The notes beneath the pieces are model-generated. The model was not told the DNA's origin, did no database searches, and saw only the letters and a program-made list of their open reading frames with translations. From positions 744,001 to 808,000 of the forward strand of contig NW_025766048.1 in NCBI RefSeq assembly GCF_003918875.1: 64,000 bases of DNA. The letters run 5' to 3'. Position 1 is the stretch's first letter, and each line of letters opens with the position of its first letter. Below, piece by piece: positions 36,020 to 49,230 of this stretch. The position numbers and the translations under genes are program-made. The stretch is from Haliotis rubra (taxonomy: Eukaryota).

Positions 36020-38895
36020 TTACTTCAGTCCGGCGATTGTTGATTTCAGAGAAGCCTTCTCCTGTTGATGAAAAGAAAGCAACACCGTTATATGCTGTGA
36101 TGATATGTCACAGTTACCAGAAACATTGTTCCTATCTGGAAGAGTTAACTCCCCTAGTGCCCTGTAAATAGGTCCTGTTAACGTTGTGTTTCTACAGTAG
36201 TATGATTTGTTCAAATATTGATAATATCAATAACCAAATTTTGCTGATAGCCAATACCAATTTAAATGACTCTAAACACCCGCATTTTCACGATTTCACA
36301 ATCATCAATTGGAAACCACGAGCAGATCCTGGCACACCAATGGGACGTAACTGTCTACACATGTTTCGAAAAACGCCAAGGTCCTAAAGACTTTCTCCAA
36401 AAGCAGACATCCATCGATTTATCCCCATTACAACCATAACATATCACGCCATCATACTAACGTTGTTGCTGTCGTCAAGGAGAATGGTGGTGCCGGAGCC
36501 GCCTCCCCAGGAGAAACATTCTTTGTTGATGATGTAGTCGCAGGGGATTTTGTCGCCGGGGCCTGGGGGGTTGCCAGCAGCATCGATCTAAGGGAGATAA
36601 TCAATATATGAAAGCACAAGGTGGAGAAAGGCATCGTGCGGAATGACGTTGACTGGCGACTAGCAAAAAGGTCCTGTTAACGTTTCAGGTTGAAAATACT
36701 AATGTATTTATACAATAGTATGATTAATTCAAACATGATGATATCAATAACCAAATTTGGTTCATAACCAATACCAATTTAAATGACTCTAAACACCCGC
36801 ATTTTCATGGTTTCGACAAGAGCCGTCATAGGAGGTTACTATTCCGGTATGATAATGTGCTTACAACCCAAGGTTCACAATCATCAATTGAAAACCACGA
36901 GCAGATCCTGGCACACCAATGGGACGTAACTGTCTGTACATGTTTCACCTGCCGATACCGAAACGCCAAGGTCCTAAAGACTTTCCCGGTCGCAGACATC
37001 CATCGATTTATCCCCATTACAACCATAACATATCACGCCATCATACTAACGTTGTTGCTGTCGTCGTCAAGGAGAATGGTGGTGCCGGAGCCGCCTCCCC
37101 AGGAGAAGCATTCTTTGTTGATGAAGTAGTCGCAAGGGACTTTGTCGCTGGGGCCTGGGGGGTTACCAGCAGCATAGATCTAAGGGAGATAATAAATATA
37201 TGAAAGCAGAAAGGGAGAAAGCCGCCTCCCCAGGAGAAACATTCTTTGTTGATGATGTAGTCGCAGGGGATTTTGTCGCCGGGGCCTGGGGGGTTGCCAG
37301 CAGCATCGATCTAAGGGAGATAATCAATATATGAAAGCACAAGGTGGAGAAAGGCATCGTGCGGAATGACGTTGACTGGCGACTAGCAAAAAGGTCCTGT
37401 TAACGTTTCAGGTTGAAAATACTAATGTATTTATACAATAGTATGATTAATTCAAACATGATGATATCAATAACCAAATTTGGTTCATAACCAATACCAA
37501 TTTAAATGACTCTAAACACCCGCATTTTCATGGTTTCGACAAGAGCCGTCATAGGAGGTTACTATTCCGGTATGATAATGTGCTTACAACCCAAGGTTCA
37601 CAATCATCAATTGAAAACCACGAGCAGATCCTGGCACACCAATGGGACGTAACTGTCTGTACATGTTTCACCTGCCGATACCGAAACGCCAAGGTCCTAA
37701 AGACTTTCCCGGTCGCAGACATCCATCGATTTATCCCCATTACAACCATAACATATCACGCCATCATACTAACGTTGTTGCTGTCGTCGTCAAGGAGAAT
37801 GGTGGTGCCGGAGCCGCCTCCCCAGGAGAAGCATTCTTTGTTGATGAAGTAGTCGCAAGGGACTTTGTCGCTGGGGCCTGGGGGGTTGCCAGCAGCATAG
37901 ATCTAAGGGAGATAATAAATATATGAAAGCAGAAAGGGGAGAAATGTCTTCATAAATATCATCATCATAAATAGCCATAAATTATGAACGGTCCCTTATC
38001 CACCATCAAACATGTGTTTTTTCTTTCGACTGGGGTTTGTTGTATAGGGCAGTTAGGTCTGAGGGCTAAGTACTAACAGCATCTCCGGACTACCATGACA
38101 AACTAGTTGTTCTGAATATCCTGGTTCAAATCCAAATGACTCACCCTCAGCTTTTGGCCGGGATTGAGAACGGTGTTGCCGAAGGTGTAGACGGCGTCAG
38201 CCTTGCCGGGAATGCTTCTTTTGAGCGTCCATCCGGACAGATCCTGATTCTGAAAGTCAGATAGAGGGACACTTTTACCACAAGTCTCATGGTTACATGA
38301 CAGCATGAGCGGTGTTTAAAGCGTTCGAACGAAAACCTGGGTTCTTTTGCCCACATGGGTACAATGTGTGAAGCTATTTCTGGTGTCCCCCGCCGTGGAA
38401 TATTGCTAAAAGCGGCGTAAAACTAAACTCACTCACACTTACATGATAACATGAAGAGCATATGGCAACTGGTTCAAACAGCTTTAATTCAGGCTGTCGT
38501 TGTTTAAATCGACCTCAGCACGAAGGCATTCATAACTATCATACCTTAAAGCCTTACGACAGTCGTGGCGCTAAGTTTGCGGCACCCAGATGATATCAGC
38601 TAGCATATATGTAATTGATTGCTCATTTGTCAATATGATAAATTCTAGAGAAAATGTCATCATTTTTAAGAAAATATGTAATTTCGTATTCGCTCATGTT
38701 TCTGCATTTAATTTTAATGTTTGTAATTTAAAAAAAAATAAATCATTCTCTTATTGCGACCTACTTTTCTCTTAGTTCCAGAGGTGTTGTTCTCAATCAA
38801 GATGTAACTTCCGTCAATAGATGCCTCGACGAGGCTGATTGGTCCACAAGACGACCTTGAGTGGGTCATTGTATCAGAAGCCTCGCTGTTCATGC
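36020..38895 (-). CDS. IF lamin-tail-domain cassette 2 (duplicate of cassette 1): exons 38895-38765, 38249-38145, third exon in three full copies (37902-37774, 37179-37051, 36587-36462) plus a truncated copy (37310-37220), last exon 36061-36020
   Basis: Near-identical exon sizes, phases and splice sites to cassette 1, and open frames (SMNSEASDTMTHSRSSCGPISLVEASIDGSYILIENN..., NQDLSGWTLKRSIPGKADAVYTFGNTVLNPGQKLR, EKASLKSTIAGLK*). May be a decaying duplicate. Confidence 0.65.
36497..37944. repeat. Near-identical 723-bp tandem duplication containing LTD third-exon copies
   Basis: Identical ORF-track entries offset by 723 (36826/37549, 36857/37580). Junction at ~37220. Confidence 0.95.
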
Positions 38896-39462
38896 CTGCA
38901 GAACGGTTCGTTCCAGCTATTATAATTTTCAGTCAAAAAAGGTGTGAGATTAAAATGAAATGAGTGAGGTGAAAATAAACAAAGGAATTAGATATACAGA
39001 TAATGTTAAATCCTTTAAATATTGACAGATGGGTTAAGTGCAAAGACGACGACATTGGTAGGAATTAATATTCAGTGGGTATGTGCAATATGCTTCAACG
39101 AGTCGAACATTTACTAGGCAAAATGGTTATATAAGACCACAAAGGGTTACATCGTGAGAGAACAATAGAGCGAGGTGTCGGCGGGATATATGATAATTGA
39201 TTTGCAAGCAGAGCAAGCTGGACTAGGCCAAACCGCATAAAGGCAACTTGGGACAGCTGCAATGTCTCAGTTTAACACAGGACACCAGATTCAATGTCTC
39301 AGTTCAACACAAAAAAACCCCAAATACACGTATTACCTTGTAACTCACTCTGCCTGGCAACGATGCAAAGGGGTATCGCCACGTAACAGTTATCGACAGC
39401 ACCTGGCTGTAGCGCTTGCGCAGACAGCTTGACTTATACTTCCGTAATAGAGACATCACTAA

Positions 39463-39685
39463 AGTATGGTGTCCTATAATTGCCATCGCGTGGCGCGTAA
39501 AAAAAGAACTACGCCGTGGACGACGTCGATTTTGTAATTTTGTCGTAGATCATTCTTGTGTATTTCTGCACGACGTCGTGGTCGACGTCGACGTAGTCTT
39601 TTTTATGCGACGTCGTGGGCGACGTCGCCCACGACGTAGTTCTTTTTTTACGCGCCACGCGATGGCAATTATAGGACACCATACT
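39463..39685. mobile_element. PIF/Harbinger (Tourist-like) MITE
   Basis: ~55-bp near-perfect TIRs AGTATGGTGTCCTATAATTGCCATCGCGTGGCGCG..., TAA TSD, internal CGACGTCG repeats. Confidence 0.85.
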
Positions 39686-41111
39686 TAAGCGATAGGCTAT
39701 GAGAGTTAAAATCACTCTAAGTATTTTACATTGCAGAAGTAACAAATATGAATCCTCTCGAACGACTAGACACAAACACACGTGTGTGGGAGATGTCACG
39801 TGACCATTAGTGTGTTTACATGAAGTTTCATAAATGATGAGAACGGAATGAAAATCATCCTGGCTATGTTAGGAATCTATGACATATTACAGTTCAGTCC
39901 ACTAAAAGTGCAGATTGTGATTTGCCTAAACATACCGATAATGCCAACTCTCAATCACTAACCTTTGAACTGACCTAAATTTCCATCTCCGTTTTATGGA
40001 CTCGACAGATACCATGCAGACGATACTGACAAAATATAACTAGCAGGCGACATGTCAATTATCACCTTTCTCTTTTAACTTTTCCCTGAGAAAACAAAAC
40101 ATGCCAAAATTGCAAAGACCTACTCCAACCGCGCGGCGATATCTCCACATTTCCGTCGTCTGCTCGTTTTCGTCAAAGCAGACGTAACAATTCATTTCCA
40201 CTAGCAGACTAAGATTAATAAAGCCTAGAGTTTGAACCCAATTTGTTTTCGCATTCTGTTGTAGATTTAACCGATTCTCAGTTACTGTACAGCGTCGATT
40301 ATGACAAATTAGTAATGGACGGGCTGATTTCATTCACAGCTGTTGGTAACGAATGGAATTTGCCATTGTGAATGCAAGATTCATTTATTTAATTTATTCT
40401 GTGCATATTTTTCTCTTGCAGATATTATCACATAACTTTCATATACATATTTCATGCATCATTAATGTTATCCTACTCTGTACTGTCTCGGTAGCGCAGT
40501 GCAGCTCTTCCTTCATCCCAGTGTCAGTTAATACCTCCCATCTTAGTAATCCAGCCAGCTCGGGTTCAAGCCAAGCTTTTGTAGATTTGTTCAGTTATGT
40601 TACATATCCCATAGTACCACTTTCCTGTCATGTGACCATAAAAAGCACATGTCACAGGGGGTAAGCCCTGTCTATGCTCAACCGGAAGTTGGTCGTCATC
40701 AACTACCATTTCCTCTAGTTTTAAACTTTAAGTAGATGTATTACATATAGATGTTATTTAGTATTGGCTTTCAGCCACAGTTACTACTCGATGTAAACAA
40801 TGTACAATCACTGAACTTTGTTGCTCAAACACACCTGTACAATTTTAATCAGATAAATTATGTATGATTGTTGTATATTACTGTGACTACAGCTACTGAC
40901 TGTCTTCTCTCTGAGAATGTTGTACCACTTCTGAGTCTTAGGATCCATAACCCGTAGATTTTTAGTCAGATAAACTACATCTGATGGTGTTTACTATTGG
41001 CTTATAGTTATATACTTACCTCCATGTGTTTTTGAACCTTTTCAGGTCAATAAGTATACACATCTATAGTCAGATAAATCACACCTGATATGGTAGCCTA
41101 TTAGCTCATAG

Positions 41112-43841
41112 CAGAGACCATATAATAGAGGGACGGCCCTCCCGAACAGTTTATCACTAACCATCAGCGCTACGGCCTGGCATGTAACTGATACACATCG
41201 ACACCCTGCTGCTAACTTCCCTCTTCCGGTACACATGCGCAACAAATGCGCAGACATTCGCAAATGAGCACTCTGGTAACCACGTAAACAATATTGCGTA
41301 ATATCCGGGCCGAGAGTGAATTCCCTTAGCGGGATTTCACCGGCTGCGTTTGGCAGTTAAGCATTACATGGACAGCTCCATTAAACTGATTACAATAATC
41401 TTAATTTTTATCTTATCTCTCATTTGCACATGTCAACTGACAACATCGCAGAACATGTATCATTCGCGAAATGCGTGTCGTCATAAGCCTGGAATATTTG
41501 TTTCAACATTCGGCATGGCCATGGGCGACTTAATTCATTCACTGGGATGATTCCGACTTGGACCTCGATACTTACTTGGAGAATTCACAGACTACGACAG
41601 GACAGAGAATATAAACTCAAAATACAAAAATCAAACTAACCCAGTCAGGTAAAGGCAGTTTTAACATTACAGTTGCCAATATCCCCGATGCTCCCTAAAC
41701 GTATCATCACATGGTTAATCTCAAGATTTACTTGCAAGTATTCGTTGGCACAAAACGAGGGTGTGGTCAAGCAGTCGATGAAAGTAAAAATTCCCCGCGA
41801 ATTTATAAAGAATGTGCAGATTTGCAAGCGTTAGCCAATCAGAGGACTTGCTTCGACCACACCCCTTTTGTGTGCGGACATATCGTCATCCATTTGTGTC
41901 AAGATCGTTTAGTTGAGAGTCAAAATTGGTTTTCAATCGACTTGCAGAAATAACAATAAAGAATTGGTAGGTGTCATGAGTGTTGCTCGATAGGCCAATC
42001 ATCCATGATTATGTTTACATAAAGTTTTAATCGATTGCATGCGATGGTAGCATAGCGATCGGCATCGCAGTCGGGTAGGGTGCACCCTAGAAGTGTCCGG
42101 CCTTGTCATTATGTATTGTACTGTGAAGCATTTCGAGTCGGGGTGTCATCTCAAAAACAATATTATTAAAATCATGAATCCTCGGAAAGACACGAGGGCC
42201 TGTGACTGACTGGTGTTTATTATAAAGTTTATAGTCCCAACGAAACACGATTTCACATTTTCCAAGAGCGTTAATGTTTTTATAATGCCAGTTTGGGGCT
42301 AGCAGTGATTATGCTTTGGGCCGTTTGGAGACACTTGTTGTTTTTTCAAAGGGAAGCCACTAAATACTAAAGTCACTTGCCTCCGAGCCCATGAAATATA
42401 TGTGTTAAATGGGCTGTACTACATTACCCTATCACTTAAAAAAATTCAACAAAGTGTCAACTTTAACTTGGCAGGAAAATGCAACCAATAACATTAAAAC
42501 ACAACATCACACGTTCTTATATGTACAATGTATTTATTGTAGAATAGGACCATAGATCTATATGTACAATCATGTATTACTAAATTCAACCATTTAGATA
42601 TTCTTTCAGTAAAAAAACACAGTAAATGTGAATTTCAACTGTTGCAAAATAAACTCTAAACTGAATTTGAAATTAAAATTATGCAATAGTTGGTTGCCAA
42701 TGCTCTTTCAAACAAGGTATATCTACTTAATCAAGATGGGAATATTGTACTTAATAGTAGGCTCTTTGAGTAGCCCTTCCGATGAAAACTTTCTTTTTCC
42801 TGGGCATCTACAAAACAAATGATAATTTTATGATATAAATATAATGTTGAATAATGAGTTCATTTTTCATTTTTGTTGTTGCATAAGACAGGTTGTAGGT
42901 ACTGTGTAAGCCCAGGTAAACTCATAATCAAACTTCATTAGGAAAAATAATGATAACAGAAAAATATTTGAATTGTTACATGATAAATGAGGACCTTTTC
43001 CAAGAATATAATCATCAAAATGAACAATAATGGAAATATGTACTTTATTCAAACGATTAGGTGAATGAGACTTTTGTAGAATGATTTAAATATATATTCA
43101 CGTTATATTAATGAACAAAATGAATGTTATGTCGTCTGCTACATGATAATTGAAATGTTCAGTATACGACGCAAATATGGGTTTACGCCAAAAATCATAA
43201 AAAATAAAATACCGATCGTAGCCATATAAAATGTGTACCACGCAAAAGAGGAAATCGCAATGAATGTTCACATGTTTATTTGAAACATGCTAGTAATAAG
43301 CTGTTCTTGTGAAAGCGTGCGAAAATCAAGTGTAGTGGAGTAAAATATTTCGGAAAACATCATATTTCATCGCATTGCACGAGCCAAAATAAGGAATGAC
43401 GCGAACGCCACAGACTTATAAATGACCCTATACAAATCTTTATCTTATTTTCTTTCATTACACCCCGGTAACTAAGGATTTGCATTGAGAATTAGTATCC
43501 GTTATTGAAAATCAAAATCGGGACTTTTGCCGCCGATTTTACACCTCCGCCATTGTTCTCACAGAACGACGAGCACACATGACAGTTTTCATCAAATACA
43601 AAGACAAATATATGCTTTAGCACCCCTAATACACCTGTAATGCACTGTTGCAAATGTAAGTATAGGCATGAGAATACATGAAAAAAATCAAATCTTACCT
43701 TTGCAATGAAAATACGCGAAATCAATGACTGAAGTCAACACACGTTTTTGCCAGCTTCCGGATAGGCTGCGCAGTACAAGCCGTAGCGCTGATGGTTTTG
43801 CGCACTGGCTAGAGGGCCGTCCCTCTATTATATGGTCTCTG
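41112..43841. mobile_element. 2.7-kb non-autonomous DNA transposon, P-superfamily-like termini, 7-bp TSD
   Basis: Perfect ~30-bp TIR CAGAGACCATATAATAGAGGGACGGCCCTC. TSD CTCATAG at 41105-41111 and 43842-43848. Confidence 0.85.
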
Positions 43842-44479
43842 CTCATAGTCATAGAGTGACTCTGCTTGCAGACTTTCTGCCACTGTTCAATTATTTTCAA
43901 ACATGCTTGTACATCTCTAAGCTGACAAATTACATCTGATCGTGTATACTATTGGCCTTTTGGTTTGCTATTAGCCTATAGCCATATGTGTCTTTCTTGA
44001 ACTTTGCATCTCAAACAGTCAGATTGTCTGTCTATATCTGATTTTATGTATCACTGGCATACAACCTTGAAGTTTACATTCTCTGTCAAACATTATGCCA
44101 ATCTTGAACCGGTTTGTACCAGCCGGAGATAGAGTATATCTGGTTTTATACAGCAGTTTTATATAATACTGTATATCTGTACAGCCAGTGAATTACTTCA
44201 TTACACTTTTAGATGTCCATCGCCTTGAACTTTGTTATGAAGCTTGTACAATAAGCTGATGCCTGTTCGTACCCATGTGATTGTACCCATTATGCTGGAA
44301 TAAAAACAAACCAAAAAATACCATTTCCTCGATACACAGTCAATTGTTTTACAAAAATTATGTTATTATTACTTAGGCCTTAAACAAATGCAAATATACA
44401 AAGGATTCTCGGCTGAATGGTATTTAAAAGGAGTGGACTTTTTAAAAGTACATAATACCGAATAGACAAAGTAAATTTT

Positions 44480-46520
44480 GTAAAGGGACGACATGGCAAG
44501 CCCGTGGCAGGTAGACCCGGTCCCTCACCCTTGCTAACCGCCGAGGAGGAAAGAAGCTTTGTAAATTATTTGAAATATAATTCCAAAACTGTTTTCCGAG
44601 TATGGAGCCTCTGAGAGATGGTTTAGATCATTCTTGTCTCGTCACCCTGAGCTTCAGGAGCGACGGCCAGAGAGTCAAGATTGCTCTAGAACTAGGATGT
44701 CAAATGAGATCGTTATGGGTCAGTATTTTGAATTGCTGGCCACCACACTTGACAAATTAGACCTCAGACGAACCTGGCCAGATTTTTAATGTTGATGAGT
44801 CGGGATTTATTGGGAAGGAGATGGTCAGGGAGAAAGTGACATGCCAACGAGGGACTCACTAATATCAACCACAGGCAAACTGTAGCGCAAATAGGATTGC
44901 GCAACAAAGAGAAAATGACCAGTCTTCCTATATGCAAGCGAAGCGAGCAAAGGTTGGCAATGTTCTTCTCTCGCTTCGGTTCGAAAAACATTTTTAGAAT
45001 CAAAATAAAATATCGCTACCATCAAAGGTAGACACCCATTTTCCTCTCATGCCATATCAAACCGTTCTTCGCCTCCATTACCCCTGCCAGCTTCCGGTTC
45101 AACGGAGTGAAGGAACAAGAAATTAAATAGAAATATCATATTGCGTAATTTTACCATTAAACTGTTGTATTGTTTCTACAAAAAACACTTCAGGTGTAGT
45201 GGGCGAAATGCATCCTCGATAATCTCCAGGGTATACGTTACGATCACTCTCCACTAAACCCTGGATGCATTCACGGCCTGGGGCGATGATTTTATTACCT
45301 CCCTTGGCTGGCTCCGCATTCTCACAGTAGCCAATCAGCTAAGCCGCCGTTACAACCGAGCTTGCCAAAGATTGCGGTCGCAGTTGCAAAGGTTTGTTCG
45401 TAGTGCCACTCAGATTTTTGGGGAAATAATAAAGACAAATTCACAGATCTGAAACTTTAAAAAGAATATATGAAAGAACTCCTTCTACTTCAGAGTACCT
45501 CTGCATCAATTGTGTTGCCAAGTTTAAACAGTTAGATCATTTAAGACGCGAAAGTGAGTAGTGATTGGTACGCTCAACTTCCCAGCGTAGGCACCTGACT
45601 GGATAAAAAGCCAGCAAAGGGAGGTAATAAAATCATCGCCCCAAGCCGTGGATGCATCCAGGGTATAGTGGAGAGTGATCGTAAGATATACCCTGGAGAT
45701 TATCGAGGATGGGCGAAATGAAGCAGGAGAGGTAACTTCACAAGTATTTGATATGGCGGACATGTGAATCAACAAGTATATTTAGATTTAAGTCCCCTGT
45801 TCCTTCACTCCGTTGAACCGGAAGTTGGCAAGGGTAATGGAGGCGAAGAACGGTTTGATATGGCATGAGTGGCCCTTAAAATTTTTGATTAAATATGTAA
45901 ATATATATCGCATATGGGAAGACTGGTCATTTTCTCTTTGTTGCGCAACCCTACTTGCGCTACAGTTTGCCTATGTACAAACAGACGGTGACTTCGTCGG
46001 ACCATGTGACGGCCACTATTTGTGTATGTGCCAATGGCAGGGTGTCGCCAACTATGCTTATTTTCGCCAAATCACTGCCACATAGAGATTACACTGATGG
46101 TGTCCCTGCCGACTGGCTGTTTTCTAGCTCTGTGAGTGGTTATGTTGACAGCGAGCTGTTCATGGAGTGGTGGACGTTCCAACTATGGACGTGAGAGTCG
46201 AGTTCTCCTCGATCTCAATAACCATGACTGTCATATCAGGCTTGAACTCTTGGAGTGTGCAGTTGACAACCAAATCGAATTGCTGTCCCTCGCACCTCAT
46301 ACTACCCTCACACTGCAGCCCCAAGATGTATCCATTTTTGGCCCATTAAAGGCCAAGTTCATAAACCTAGCTACAAAGCTTGGATTTGTCAACAACCAAA
46401 TGGTAATAGGGAAAGCTCGATTCCACTCAATTGACCAGGTTTGTTCGCCTTCTAGGGTCAAAGAGTCGTTCAGAAAAACACGGGAATCGTTCCGTTCTCT
46501 CCTGATGCCATCGACAAAAC
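44480..46520 (+). mobile_element. Degenerate pogo/Tigger-like (CENP-B HTH + DDE_1) transposase, interrupted by a nested element
   Basis: GRPGPSPLLTAEEE, QIFNVDESG, HVTATICVCANG, SGYVDSELF, LAPHTTLTLQPQDVSIFGPLK in broken frames. Confidence 0.88.
44874..45971. mobile_element. ~1.1-kb non-autonomous element with long multi-segment inverted repeats nested in the pogo transposase
   Basis: GGCAAACTGTAGCGCAA...GACCAGTCTTCC at the left and its reverse complement at the right. Inner inverted blocks ~45050-45120/45795-45865 and ~45215-45310/45615-45710. Confidence 0.8.
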
Positions 46521-46739
46521 CAGCTTGTCGCTCCGTCATTCCCCCAGACCAGACAGATCAGTGATTGACATCATGAGCATCGATCAACACAATTGGGATA
46601 CAATGCCTTGTGGCAACCATACCAGCGAGACTGACCACCCGATCCCGTTAGTCGCCTCCTACGTTATGCATGGGTTGCTGAAGACCTTGATCTTCACGGA
46701 TAATGGAAGGAGTTCAACACCAGGACGCAGCGTCTTGTA

Positions 46740-47432
46740 CAATCGAGGAGTAATGTGTTATTAGGAAACTATCGCTCAATGTAAAGGCTATGAACGTCAC
46801 TCTGATGCTGTATGCAGGAAGGCCTACTTTCACATAAGAAGCATCAGCCTTATCAAAAGGTACATTGGAGAGAAAGCAGTTAAGACACTTGTCCATGCTT
46901 TTGTTACATCATGCTTAGACCATTGCAATAGTCTCCTTTACGGCTCATCAGCGAAAACACTAGACAAACTACAGAGAGTCCAGAACTGTGCTGCTCGCCT
47001 CATTACTGGGACCAAACGGACAGAGCACATCAGTCCAGTACTTAAGACTCTCCACTGGCTCCTCATCAGATACAGAATCATGTTTAAGATTCTCATCTTT
47101 GTGTTAAACTCTCTCCACCTTCTGGCATCAGTATATATCAGTGACTTGATCTCACTTTACAACCCCAGAAGAGCACTGAGACCCAACTCCCCACGAGTGC
47201 TAGAAATTCCAACGACAAGAAAAAAGAATTTCGGCGTCAGAGCTTTTTCTAAAGCAGGACCGTGACTGTGGAAAAACTTGCCACCAAACATCCAGAACAT
47301 TGAAGAACTTGAACAATTCAAACGTGTCTTGAAAACTCACTTTTTTTGACAGTGCCTTTGCCTAAGCGCCTCTGAGCAAAGTTGTTGGAAAAGGCACTAT
47401 ATAAATACTAACTTTATTATTATTATTATTAT
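46740..47432 (+). mobile_element. L2/CR1-group LINE 3' fragment with (ATT)n tail
   Basis: TLVHAFVTSCLDHCNSLLYG, LQRVQNCAARLI, HISPVLKTLHWL, FGVRAFSKAGP*LW, FKRVLKTHFF, then ATT repeats. Confidence 0.9.
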
Positions 47433-47789
47433 AAAGGAACCGCATCATTCAGGCAGACCACTCAAGACGTCAGCTAGACAAGATGCAGCCCTACTTAGAC
47501 TTGTTCGGCGATTTCCCTTTGCACCAAGACCAATGTTAAAACGTCAATTGGGCGGTGAGGTAGCCTAGAGGTTAAAGTGTTCACTCGCCACGCCGAAGAC
47601 CCGGGTTCGATTCCCCACATGGGCACAATGTGTGAAGCCCATTTCTGGTGTCCCCTGCTGTGATGTTGCTGAAATATTGCTAAAAGCTGCGTAAACAACT
47701 CACTCACTCACAAAAACGTCAATCGCTTCCTCATCAACAACTCTGTTATAAAACTGTTAGAAATCGACTGAAAACAGCAGGGTATAAGG

Positions 47790-48020
47790 CCAGGAGTCGC
47801 ATATGCTCCAAGGAACATCCTGGAAGAAGTTTGATTCGGCGGGGATCCTTGATGGTATGGGTCTGTGTGTCGTGTGACTGCAAACTTCAGCTTGTGACAG
47901 CGAGAGGAAATCTCAAAGGACTAAGATATCAAGGAAATCTTGAGGAGACATGTAGTACCTCATTGTGACAATCATCCCTTATTAACAGGGCCAATCATAA
48001 TGGATGACAAGGCCCGGCCA
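47790..48020 (+). mobile_element. Tc1-family transposase fragment
   Basis: FGGGSLMVW and ILRRHVVPH...IIMDDKARP. Confidence 0.75.
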
Positions 48021-48676
48021 GCCTGGTTCCCTGGGTCTGTTGCGCTTGCGCTAACGCTCCGGCATCGACCCAGGCAACCACTGCCGAATGGCGGCCTTCA
48101 CTGCAGGGAGACGCGCCATACATTTACTGTAGGAAAATCCGAGAACGGGTGGTTAGAAATTTTTCAAAGCATTTTCATCGATAACATGGCAAAGTACACG
48201 TCACCAGAACAACGCCAATCGTTACTTTCAGTGTACGAAAACGTTATTTAAGCAGTTTCGAGACACGAAAATCGTCGCTACATTGGCGATATGTAAACAA
48301 TGACACCGACATGTTCTTTGATGTTTCGTTTCAACTCGCTATTGCCAAGAAATCGTACACATAAACCATGGATCTGAACGACCACACTGATTGAATATAG
48401 TTAGCATCTTTATTTTAGCAAATTTGATCAAGTGTAGTTCGATGATTTGGTCCCACTTTCTCCTGTTGTATGCTGGAAATAAACTGAACGCCAAGTAATA
48501 GTAACTAGAAAATAGTTGTTACCACATTATATAATGAATAATAAATAGACTTAATACATTTGAAACACATAACTGAATAATTTAACCATGTATTTTTAAC
48601 AATGTATGTGCTTTCAAAATGGAATAATAATAGAAGAATATGGCCTGTTTATTATTTATATTCATTTCGCATATAT

Positions 48677-48786
48677 ACTCATGCCAGTAATGGTTGTCAC
48701 CCCCTCCCAACCCCAACCCCCACACACCCCCACCCCTTTCCAATTACAAAAATTGAAGGGGGTGACAACCATTATAAGCATGAGTT
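48677..48786. mobile_element. Small MITE-like inverted-repeat element
   Basis: ACTCATGC..TAATGGTTGTCACCCCCT / AGGGGGTGACAACCATTA..GCATGAGT. Confidence 0.6.
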
Positions 48787-48789
48787 TAT

Positions 48790-49230
48790 CATGCAGTCGT
48801 TAACAGTCCCAAAGGTTCGATCAGTTTCATTCGGCGAGCGACCATTCCGACATGCAGCTCCATATCTATGGAATTCGTTCAACATAAACCTTTCTGATTC
48901 TCTCGCAAGTTTCAAATCTCCCTTACCAACTCTTCAAACCATCAGGTATATTTATTGTATATTATCCTCTGATTTTATTGGGGGCGGTGGGGTAGCCTAA
49001 TGGTTAAAGCGACCGCTCGACATGCTGAAGACCCGGGTTCGATTCCCCACATGGGTGCAATGTGTGAAGCCCATTTCTGATCTCCCCCGCCGTGATATTG
49101 CTGGAATATTGCTAAAAGCGGCGTCAAACCATACTCACTCACTCTGATTTTATTGTAGCGCCATGGGCATGCCCAATAGCGTGGATGCAAGCTCATTATA
49201 AATGTACATTATTATTATTGTTATTTATCA
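48790..49230 (+). mobile_element. Second L2-like 3' fragment, interrupted by a tRNA-SINE
   Basis: LTVPKVRSVSFGERPFRHAAPYLWNS and an ATT-rich tail. SINE at 48981-49141 is flanked by TSD CTCTGATTTTATTG. Confidence 0.7.

Noticed and set aside
48981-49060. tRNA genes at SINE heads (also 12637, 22644, 47549)
   Set aside because: A/B boxes run on into a shared body, microsatellite tail and TSDs, so these are SINEs.
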